From: Antedon mediterranea
Taxonomy: Eukaryota; Animalia; Echinodermata
DNA: 64,000 nucleotides
NCBI RefSeq assembly: GCF_964355755.1
Contig: NC_092680.1
Location: 13,339,045-13,403,044 of the forward strand
Reading direction: 5' to 3'
Under the pieces are notes generated by a model that saw only the letters and a list, made by a program, of their open reading frames with translations, was not told the origin of the DNA and did no database searches. Positions 15,101 to 27,100 of this stretch are shown here, in pieces (the stretch's first letter is position 1; the number at the start of each line of letters is the position of its first letter). The position numbers and the translations under genes are program-made.

Positions 15101-18100
15101 AAACATGTACCACAGTCAAATAAGTACCACAGTCAAATATGTACCGCAGTCAAATAAGTACCACAGTCATAAAAAATGTACCGCAGTCAACATGTACCGC
15201 AGTCAACATGTACGTACCGCAGTCAAATAAGTACCACAGCCAAATATGTACCGCAGTCAAATAAGTACCACAGTCAAACATGTACCGCAGTCAAATAAGT
15301 ACCGCAGTATAATAAGGACCGCAGTTAAATAAGTACCACAGTCAAATATGTACCGCAGTCAATCATGTACCACAGTCAAATAAATAAGTACCGCACTTAA
15401 ATAAGTACCGCAGTCTATTAAGTGGTATTAAGTAGTATTGCTCAATGTATTATATAATCAAATAAAAATGACCTTCATTAATTATCTACATTTTACTGAT
15501 GTTTTCTATTTTTAAATATGTATTAGTTTTGTAATGCAAGGTTAAAGTCATTAATGAATAGACATAACATTAGGTTTTGTGCGCCAGCCGGTATGGATAC
15601 AAAATTAATGTATGACATACAATCAATTTGGTTTTGAACAGCTAATTTTATTCATTTTCATCAATTCTTTATTTCGTATTCAAATGTACATATACAGCAT
15701 TACAGATACAAAACTGTTTAACTATAATTACATAATAATAAAACAATACAACAATAATACAAAACACAAATGTGTAATGATATCTAAATTAAATAGTATT
15801 TTAGCTGATGAATCTCATATTCTCAACAATAATTTAGTACTTACAAGATCTAGAAGATTAACAACAATTCCAGTTAAAACAAATAGACATAAATTTTCAT
15901 TCTTACCTAGCGCTAGTATAGTCTACACAACAATGAGTTTGAAAGATTGGTCATTAGGTCTGTTGTATTTTATATTGCTTGATCAGTTGTTGTTGTTGTT
16001 GTTGTTACTGTTAGTTCCAAGTTGATCATGAATGTAAATATTATGTGTGATTGTTTTGCTTGTGTTTTTCTGCCAAGAAAACAATTATCATTATACTATG
16101 TATGAATGACGAATCTAAATCGAATCTGAATCTGAATCATGGACCACAAACTAAATACGTGTACATAATTTAAATCTCTCGGAATAAAAATGCCCAGTTT
16201 GCATCCACTGCTGAGCTGTGAAAGGCATTTCTCATAATGCACATAACCAGGATATTATAATAGATTTTATGTTAAAGTGAGTCAACTAAGCAGTAGCAAA
16301 GTGGATAGAAACTCCCCCTCAAAACACAGGCGTAGTGATGCGTAACTCAGTCGGGGCTTAAGATTTAAAACTGGCATAAACTGTATATCTCCTTGAGAGA
16401 ATTCGTAAAAAATCTAATAAAATAGCTAAGTTAAACGTATGCGACTTAGAGGGCCTGTTTCTATTGAAGAATAAAAAAAGAATGTTTTTTTGGAAACCGG
16501 TTTCAGCTGTTGTTTATAAATAAAGATCGCGTTGCAGCTCAATTTTTACTCCAATAAAACCGGTTCCGTCCATGTGCGTTCGTTATGAATGACATCATTA
16601 TATACACCACAATGCAGTTCGTTAGGCGGAAGCGTGATTGGATCGAGGTCATGTTTACTTTTTTTCGCATAGCGCGATCCCCAAGAAATAGCATCCATTT
16701 CATCATCATAGCATCCATTTTATCTTTTTGATATTCGTCGCTGCAGAACTGAATCTTCTTTTCAATCATATATCCCACATGTTACCAGAATTTGGAATAA
16801 TTTACCCAGTGAAATCCGCAACTTAAATATTTCTGTTAGTTCTTTTAAAACCAAATTACTTAATTATCTCAATATTTATTTTTTAAATAATTTGATATTG
16901 AAAATGTGGGGTGTCACGAAACCTAAGACCACGAAAGCTAAGACCCCCTAAGACCTAAGATCACGAAAGTTAAGACCCAAGACCTAAGATTACAAATATT
17001 TATCTTTCGCACCTGCCTTGTATTTTAACTCCCAACATTTAATATTCTGAATACCACACCTTAGAATTGGCACTTTAATGAAAAAGAATCACATAAAAAG
17101 TAACAAATACATTTTTAAATTGATGATTTTACAGACGTTTTTCTCGCACACAAAATGACTAGCCTACAGTACAGTAGGCCTACCCCATGTTCAATGTTTT
17201 TGTTTCTATGGAACGTCAAAAGAGCAAAAATTATATAGAGGGCTGAAAACTCTGTGGAGTCCATCTACAGTGTGGATGGAACAATGTAAAATTAAAATTG
17301 TAATGATAATAGTATAATCATGCAAGTACGAAGAAATAAATACTGGCAAATAAATTTTAATTTAAAAATCATGATTTGTTTCGTTTTCTTTCTGTTTTTA
17401 TACTTGTACTATTATTTTTGCTCCTTTGGCGCTCCATAGAAACAAAAACATTGAGCATGTGTGTGGGGGGAGCTCGAGGAGTTACAGTATACAAAGAAAA
17501 ATGTCTGTAAAATCATCAATTTAAAGGATTTATTTATTTGTTTTTATGTGTTTCTCCTTCTGAAAGTACCTATAAATCCTAATTTTAAAGTGTGGTATTC
17601 AGGATAAAGTTAGTCAACAAATTTGGAGTCAAAATACAAGAAAGGCAGGTGCGTAAGAAAAACATCCTCTGAACCAACACAATGGAGTAAATATATACCA
17701 ACAAACAACCCGTCAAGTTTGTTTGTTGTAAAGAAAAAAATAAACATTTACTCAACGGGCGAAAATAATGTGAGTTTATCTATGTTTTGCGGTAGTATTT
17801 AATTATATTTATGGTAATAAATGAAACCTACTGTGTTTAAAATTATGTATGGATAAACAAGTATTGTTTTTAAGCTGTAGTATATCTTAGAATTTGTAAT
17901 CTTAGGTCTTGGGTCTTAGCTTTCGTGATCTTAGGTCTTAGGGGGTCTTAGCTTTCGTGGTCTTAGGTTTCGTGACACCCTGAAAAGGGGTGTAGTTGGT
18001 CGCTTTCTTGTCGATGCTTTTATTGTAGAACGTAATTTATTTATTTTTCTCTGTTCTGGGTTGACCAACTAGCATAGGTGTTTAGCACCTGTTTGGTCTT

Positions 18101-21100
18101 TCCGTGCCTCCTTTTATAATTGTTTTGTCTTCTTATGTTTATGGCAGAAATTGAATAAATAAAAAAAAAAAAAAAAAAAATCATAGAAGGGGGAATTATT
18201 ACCTGAAACGTTATTGTGGTCCTTGGTTAAAGTATAGGTACGTCGCACCCTCTGATATTGTCAAGTTGAACTCGTCTAGCTTTCACACGCTTTACAATAT
18301 TCTTGAAAACATGTAGGCCTTTAGGCCTACGTGAGTCTTTCTTCCGACTCCCGACAAGTCCCCTCATCTTCTTCCCTTCACATATTTTTTACGAACCTCG
18401 TAATGGCATCGGTCAACATTTTTTAGTTAAATAAAATACTCACTATCTAGAGAAATAAAAATGACTTAGGCCTAGGTCCTATCACGCAGGTTTGACTGCG
18501 AGTTGACAGCAATCGTCCCAGTGCAGCAGACTGGAGAGTTCAGTTTTTGGGGTCAAATTGAGACCGCGATTGTGTTGCAGCTAAAAATTGCTCCACGGAA
18601 ACCGGTTTCAGAACGGTTCTTTGCGATCGAGACCTCAATCAATTGGGGTTTTTGAAACCGTTTTTAAGATCGGTTCTTTTTTGTGGGGACCCATTTCTGC
18701 TGGCAAGAAAAAACGGTTCTTGAAAAGAACGGTATTCAAAACCGTATTCTCTGCTCTATAGAAACAGGCCCTAAGTCTAAACATGCGACCCTTAAAATGG
18801 TAGAGCGTATACTCGCTTAACCTTCTCGTCCGTTATTTTTAGAATATAAATTGTCTCCCATCACTAGTCCGTATTAGATCTCTTTACACTCGAACTGGCA
18901 GATATAGAAAGTCATTTATTCTGAACTCTATAACTATATAACAGTAAAACATCTAGATAAGATTGTATTACTATAAATGTGTCTCATCGTTTTTGTTGGC
19001 ATCATGACAATTATGCTCTTTGTATCTTCTGATGTGTTTTTGTTTATCGTGTTTTTTTTATGTATATATAATTTTAAGAGCTTATCTGTGTACAAACATC
19101 AAATTTTAAATATTTTATATATTTGACAATAAATGCTGTGCAAGCAGCGCATTCATGTGATTGGCCGACGATGGTTCCTCTCTATGGTGGCTTGAACACG
19201 ATTATAAAATGATAACATTGTGACTGAACTTCCATTTAGCGTAAAACTCACATATTGAAATTTATATTAACCGCTGGTTTAGTTTGATCATAATTGAAGA
19301 TTTTTTAAACTGTAGCTGCAATATCTATAGATTAAGACTTAAAGTTTCAGAAACTTATCATTTAGTTTTGTTTGTCACTAATAACATTGATTGTAAGGAT
19401 GATAACTACAATGTTTTATTTATGCTCATTTTAGGATTGTTATCCTCCCAAAACCAACAAGCTCTCGAAGCCCAAGAAGAATCTTTTTTCACATGGCCTC
19501 AGTGTTATAAAGGTGAATTTGAGACCATCCTAGGAGCTAGGCAGTTTGGTATTACCAGAAACAGTCGTCTTGAATACAATGAAAATTTACTCACTCGCAA
19601 TATGCAAAAAATGTAAGTACACACTTTTGATATATTTCATAGTTCATTTTATTTGTCCAAAAGGAAATTCATGTTGACATATACAATTGGTTAGTAATAC
19701 AGAAAAAGACAATAATATTTGAAAAATACAACAGAACTACAATATTACTCTGATGAACAATGAAATGAACTTAGTTGATGAATTATAAAGTATCGATTAA
19801 TTGAATAAATGATTTGATTATATGACACCCTTTGAAGATGTGGCCCGTATCCCATACGGGGTAATTTACTGTCCCAGGATGTGAGGCCTTTGTACAGGTA
19901 GGTTGACTTTGCACTTTTTGAGCATTTCACCTTTGACCTACATCAAACAAACAAAATGCAATTTTTAGAAGGCCAAAACATTTCACATAACAATAAAACC
20001 AACAATTGTAGAAAGTTACAGTCATAAAAATATATTTTGCATTTTTCCTAAACCTATTAAAAATACTTTATTTAGCCTCAGTCACTTGGAGTAGAAACCT
20101 CGTGTCTTCAGAAATTAATATTTACTGAAGAGGTTAAATCTTTGCCACTTTTGGAGTTATTGATGTTTTATGAAAAAAAACAGCATGGCTGCAAGTGGTA
20201 TAGTTGGTATTGTCCATTGAAAAAAGAAATAAAATGGTGTTTATTAATTTGATGGTTAGTTTAATCACGTGAAAAGAATTCCGTTGCTTCTTGTTATTAA
20301 GAGTCAGTTTTATACTATGTTATTTACTAGAATTTAACTCATGATTAAGTTGAACCAAAACAATGGTCAGAGATGTCCAATTGATATGGTCTGCATTGTC
20401 CATTGGAAAAATGAAATAAAATGCTGTAATCAAGATAGATTCATTATTTACCTGAGTGCTAATGTTTAGAATACCATCTGTGGCAATGTTGATTTTGTTA
20501 ACGATTGATTGATACCAAAACATGAATGATACCGAATGCTGCAAAGCTACTTTGTTATTAAAAATACAATAATATTCATTACACCATGTGACTTACAATT
20601 AAATTATTTATTATTAACCAGATCAATATTCTATAAAATTGTTTCTTCAGAAAGAAATAGTATTTGTATTTTCCATCAATAATACTATTTATTGGTGCTC
20701 AGAACTCATAATGTTTATTTTTTTAAATGTCATTCTACAGTACTTTCCTATCATTCAAGATGTTGATATAGACAAAAAATGTTTATTAAGTACTGTCTAC
20801 ACTATATCAAACTAGTTTGACAAAAAAAGTGTGATGTGCCCAAATATGGTAGTGATATGACATCATCATGTCCATTTGTGGGCACATCCCATTAATTTTG
20901 TCACATAAGTTTGATAGTGTAGACAGCTTTAAGAACGTAAATACCATTGTAAATGTTCACCCTTGATTAACATATTGTTTGGCTTACATAAGTATGTAAT
21001 GACCTTTATGAACAATGACCTTGAAAATAATGATTTGCCTACAGAAGCTTGATTAGTATAATTACTTTAAGATTACATTTCACTCAGTTAAAAATCTAAT

Positions 21101-24100
21101 TGTCTAGCTAATAGATTTAAGTAATTCAATGGTAAATCACAAACATTTCAACTCAACTTTAGAGTGATGAAACTGTCAAGATTTAAATACCAATAAAACA
21201 ACGATCCAGCGAGATGATGCAAAGATTAAGTATACTCGCTGTGCAGCAGAAAACATCACTAGATATCCATATGTTACAAACAGTAGTCAAAACAACAAAT
21301 TTATGTTCTTAATACTTTTTAGATATCTTTGATTTATATAAAATAGACAAACAGATAATTAATAAATAAATTCTTTATTTTTGTATTTTATAATTACACT
21401 ACAGGGATAAATCCATTTAGTTGTCTGAGAATAATATTTACAATTGATTCTAATTTCAAATTATTGTCCAAATTACATCAATTTCATACTTCAAGTTTAT
21501 ACAAGTGCAATTTTAGATATAAGTAGAGTCCACTAAAAGCTTAACACTTTTTCTGCAATTATAGAGAGGATAACAAAAGGTTAAATAATAACCAAACATT
21601 ATAAAAGTGTTTGAGAGATGATAAATTGTGAGAATCCCCAGGACAATCATTATCTATTGATCAAAAACAAAACATGCCCTATAATTACGTTGGATATACG
21701 TTTTTTCTAAATGTACACATTTTGTGTAGAAAGATATATGCCATGTTATTGGCTAATTTATTTTTACAAAGCATAAATTAAACTGTGTCCATGGTTGGTT
21801 GTTTTAAGTGTAAAAGTTTTCTGAAAGCATGCTGGAAGTCCTTATTGAATTTAGTATAGATGATTGGATTTACTGCAGAGTTGCTGTAACCAAGCCATAA
21901 GAAAACACTTCCCCACACCTGAGGCAAAGAACAGCTACTGCAGAATGGTAGTATAAGTGCTGTGATAAAAAATGGCAACCAGCTAATGAGGAAAGCACCG
22001 GTGACAATGCACAGTGTTTTAGTCGCTCGTCTTTCTCTGCGTATTATTAAAGATTGCTTCGTAGATCCGATACAAAGCATGGACTTAATTGCAGAGTTTG
22101 GTTTTTTAAAGGATGAGTCACTATTTCTGGCACTGATGGGGTGAAATTTGGACTGTTTATGAATGTGATCCATCGCTTTACGAAAGGTACGCCAGTACAC
22201 AACCAACATAACAGTCATCGGTATAAAAAATGCTCCAAATGTGGAAAAAATTGTATAGAACTTATTTTGAGTAATTATACATTCTTTTAAGTTACTTTCT
22301 GTTGACCTCAAACCGAGTAATGGAGTGATAGATATTACCAAAGCAACCAACCATACGAAAATAATCATAGTGATCATGCGTTTACGCGTCCTTTTTCTCA
22401 TGTAGTTTACGTGCTGTGTAATTGCCCAATAACGATCTAGCGAGATGATGCAAAGATTAAGTATACTAGCTGTGCAGCAGAAAACGTCACTAGATATCCA
22501 TATGTTACAAACAGTGTTTCCAAGGACCCAATCATCAGTTAACGCAGACACCAAACTTATCGGAAGGACAAGAATGGACAAAAGAAGATCAGATAAAGCC
22601 AGTGACGCTATCAAATAGTTTTGCGGTAGTTGGAGACTTGATTCTTTCCAAATAGCCAATAACACAAGTATATTTCCACAAAATATACATGATATTACTA
22701 TAACTAGCAGAAAAGCGACTATCAGTTTAAAAGCAACTGTGGTGGAACTTTCAAAAACAAAATTTGTCTGATTTATACAATTTGTCCAGTTGGTATGTAT
22801 ATCTGATGCCATCCCACAATAATTCTACTAATTTTAGTCTTGACCAATCGTTTGTTTCTCTTGACCACTCTCACTGCGGTAAAAAATATGATGTTTATCT
22901 TTAAATAACTTTATTATAATTTAAAAACTTAATTTTGTTTTCCGTTCAGAATATTTTACAAGGTAGGCCAAATCAGTAAAATTAACCTTATAATGTAATA
23001 ATAATTGGTTGAAACAGTATCTTAGTTTGAGGTGTTCCTTTCTTAATAAACAGTACAATGTATGTTGTCATATTCACGTACATATCCAATCAGTATTTAT
23101 TGTTCTGTACACTATTTGTACTGATTGAATATAGCACTGAATTTAATTGATCCAAATGCAAGGTCTGAACAAATCAACAATGATATTGAGGATTGCAAAT
23201 TTTAATTTAGATACAAATAAATTAGAAGAAGAGATGGCAAAATGCTATTCCTACATCAGGATTAATTCTTCATTTTTAAACAATTAATTTTTATTTAAAT
23301 GGTTTTGAAGTTACTTGTGCTATTGAATCAAACTTTGAAATGGTCTGAAAAAGTATTATATCATGTTACATTTACTCAAATTCCTCACACACTGTTAAAG
23401 GGGGCTTTATTTCAACGCTCATTCTGCCTAAAAATAAATTTGGTTATTATTGATATTAGTGTAATATGTTTACATTTTTTATTTAACTTGGAGGTACCCT
23501 TTAACAAGCTTTTTTAGAAAATGTCATTGTTTCAACTCTTTTACATTAGTTTTTGTTGTTTAAAACAAAACATCTTTATTTTGTTAAATAGTGATGCGTT
23601 ATCATACTACCTATAATGGGTTTTCATAATTGTTCTATTTTAAGTATGTACTTTAGAAAGGTTAAGTAAATAACTTTATTGTAGGACCATCAATTTAGAT
23701 AGGTATGTAACAGGATCTACTAACTATACAATCAGAAATGCTAATGAAACCTTTTTTTTCTCTAAAAAACTATAAAATTGAGTCATAAATAAATAAAATT
23801 AAATTAAACCATAAATAAAAATTATTAAAAACTATAACCTGATGAAATTAAATATCATTCTGTCTCAGTTTTGGAATGTTTTACTATACAGTAATACATT
23901 ATTACTTTGTACTTTACTGATGACAACAAAATAAATGTGAAATATTACAATAAAAATGTTACAATTGTTAAATAAGTACTTGTAATAATAGTAAAAATAT
24001 AATAAAAGGTAACTACTTACAGGCTTAAAAGTTCAAATGTTAAACAAAAGTAATACTTACAATTATTTAAGTGATTATAAAAACCGTAATATAGCAAGTG

Positions 24101-27100
24101 TGCGACGAGATGTTACAGTGAGATAATGATGAGTTGTGGTCATTGAAATGATTGCAAAGAAACACAATTAGGCTAATATAAAAACTGTTACATAACATCT
24201 TTAAACATGATGTTCCCTCATTGGCTAGTTCATTGTTGTAGTGGAGGACATCAAGTATGTGTGGTCGAGGTTGTCATATGCATTGAGTTAAGTAATAATT
24301 ATACAACTGGCTGTACACTGTATTTATACCATTCACAAGCTGTGGATATTTTGTGATATGTTCATTATAATTTGAAATCGGTAGCAGAAATCAGCATAGC
24401 ATTATTTATTTATTTCTGTATAAATATACTGAATTTAAAGGCATAGGAGAAATTCAAAACTCAAGAAAGACAACCATATAAAAAATACAAAAATAGGAGA
24501 TTTGGCAGATTGCAAGATAAAAAATAGAAAGTATTATTTTGCTATTTTATTTTGAGTTTGATCAATACAATTGATAGCACAGGAATATAATTTATAGCTT
24601 CTATTAAAAAATATGAATTACATAGAATTCTATTATTTTTTAATTTACTGAATATTTAATTTATATAAAGTATCCTGAGCATCACAGAATACATTTTTTT
24701 TAATTTTTGTAGATTCAGAATTATCATAGTAGTTAACTGTATTTAATTTTCATATTTTTTTTTTCAAAAGGAACTACTGTTGCATGAAAGGTCTTGATAT
24801 GTCCAATATTATTTACTTATTGTACTGCACTTTCGAACCTTTTATGAAGATGTCCTAATAATATTCCATATTATTACTATTATTGTTATTAACACATTTA
24901 TTTATTGAATTCTCACAAATGCTTTTTGTTATTATTATCTTTATAGCTTTGAAATAGAAATTGAATTTCGCACCGTCAGCTTTATGTCTGGTGTGTTGGC
25001 CTTCATGAGGTCAGAGGATGATTCTGTTTTCTTCGGATTGCTTCTTGTCAATGGCATAGTCGTGTTTCAGTTTGATAATGGTGAGGCTAAAAAGCATGAT
25101 ATTTCTATACAAACTGCAGTTGATGATGGTCTTTGGCATCAGGTATGTTCCAGCTAAATTGTATTGTACTTAATCAGAACTTCATGAGATACTGTATAAT
25201 TATACTTATAACGCTCTGTATATAGAAAACGTAATTGTCAGGTGTAAATAGGCCAACTTTAACAACAATTAAACTACAGATATAAAAAAATTAGACAAAT
25301 ACATTTTAAGTACACTAGGACAATCGGTATGTTTAAATAGGCATGACACTTAATAACAAAAATATACAACATAACAAGGTAAGTACAGTTTAATAATATT
25401 ATATATTACTGTAATATATTTTAGGTTACTATTAACCGTAATCGACGTACAGCCACACTTACAGTGGATGGAAAACAGCAACGTAGCAAAGCTAGGTATT
25501 GGGACAAGTACAGAATGAGATTACAGTCACCATTGTACATTGGAGGCATCCCAGACTCAGCCAGCAAGAGGCTAAAAGATGATGTAAGTCATATTATAAT
25601 ATAATATTAAAAATAAGATAAAATATGATAATAATATTAAAAATTATATGCTAGTAATAGTTCAGTAACATCTGCAAATTTGGGTTTGTCAAATTTGATC
25701 ATAATTATTGAAAATAAACAATATTGAAAATAAACAAGATCAAGGTATAAGATGTGACTTTCCGAGTTGATTTTGTTTTGTCATATAATTTTACCCTGCA
25801 TTCTTTTTATTTTATGTATTTGTGTTCAAAGCACTACTTTTATGTATACAATAAAACCTTGAAACGAAGCCCCTTTATTATTTTGCAAAAGTTAAAAAAG
25901 AAGCCAATCTCGAAAAGAAGCTTCTCTCGAAAAGAAGCCAAAGCAATAGTCCCAAAAATAAAAGAAGCTCATGGATTTATTCTGAGAGTTTACAGTATTG
26001 ATTAAATGCAAATTATAGATGAAAGTTATGGTGGTTTGACAGATGAATGAGTGAATGAATGAATGACTGTTCATGCTAAAAAAAAAACCCCCAAAGTTTT
26101 GATTTCATTCTTTTTTTAGGTACCTACAACATTTAATGGATGTATACGCAAGTTCCAATTAAACTACAAAACCATAAATCTAGCTGCCATCAATGACACT
26201 TATGGTGTTACAAACTGTTACAAACCAACAGAACAACCAGCCTCGATTCACTTCCTTGGTTCTGGATTTGTAGCACATGGTAAGGCGCAACTAGGGTGAA
26301 CCCTATAATTTTGAAATGTTTTAAGTGTAAAAATTCACAGTGTAACTCCAATCATGATTTTTTTTTTCATTAAGAGATTATTATACATTTATGTATTTGT
26401 ATTTTGAACTACTGTATGGATGAATAAAGGTGACTATGACTACGTACTAAATTTTGTTTGTAAGATAAGATAATTATTGAAATCCACAACGCAATTGCGA
26501 TCATGATCATTATCTATTTATTATTAACAAAACAGACAGACATACTCAAAAATGTTGTACTAACCTTCTTTCTTTTCGCCTTTTGTATAATATGTCTATG
26601 ACAATATATACTACTTAAACAACTTGTTATCTAACATTTTGTTTGATTTGTTTTATTGCAGATAATGCCTTTAATGTTGGTGAACGTTTTGAGATCAAAA
26701 TGAAGTTTAAAACAAATCGAAACACTGGAACTCTCTTATTTGCAAATAGCGATGTTGCTAGCGATTTACTCTCGTTAGAACTAAAGAATGGAACGGTGAG
26801 TTGACATGGTTTTTATTTATTGTTATATTTTGAGGAGAAGTTTAGAATTGATTGGAAAAACAACTATTATGCATCTCAATACAGATAATAAATAAATCAA
26901 ATGTAAACAAATACAGCCAGAAACAAATGCGAAGATGGCAGAAGACATGATATTTGTTTTCCATAACTTAGAAACATAAACACAACACATTTTTATTTTA
27001 TTTTGAAAAGTTTGCATTATAAAACTGACAAGAAATGATAAATAATTAAATCTCTAAAGTGGTTGGCTTTAAATTAGTTGTTTGATCTATTTGTTACATA

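Larger units (their letters stand above)
16451..18771. mobile_element. PIF/Harbinger-like non-autonomous element hosting nested insertions
   Basis: TIR gggcctgtttctat ... atagaaacaggccc; aaaccggtttc subterminal motifs at both ends. Confidence 0.65.

Noticed and set aside
20320-20544. 74-aa minus ORF as a possible second nested gene
   Set aside because: No recognisable motif; overlaps a short degenerate local duplication
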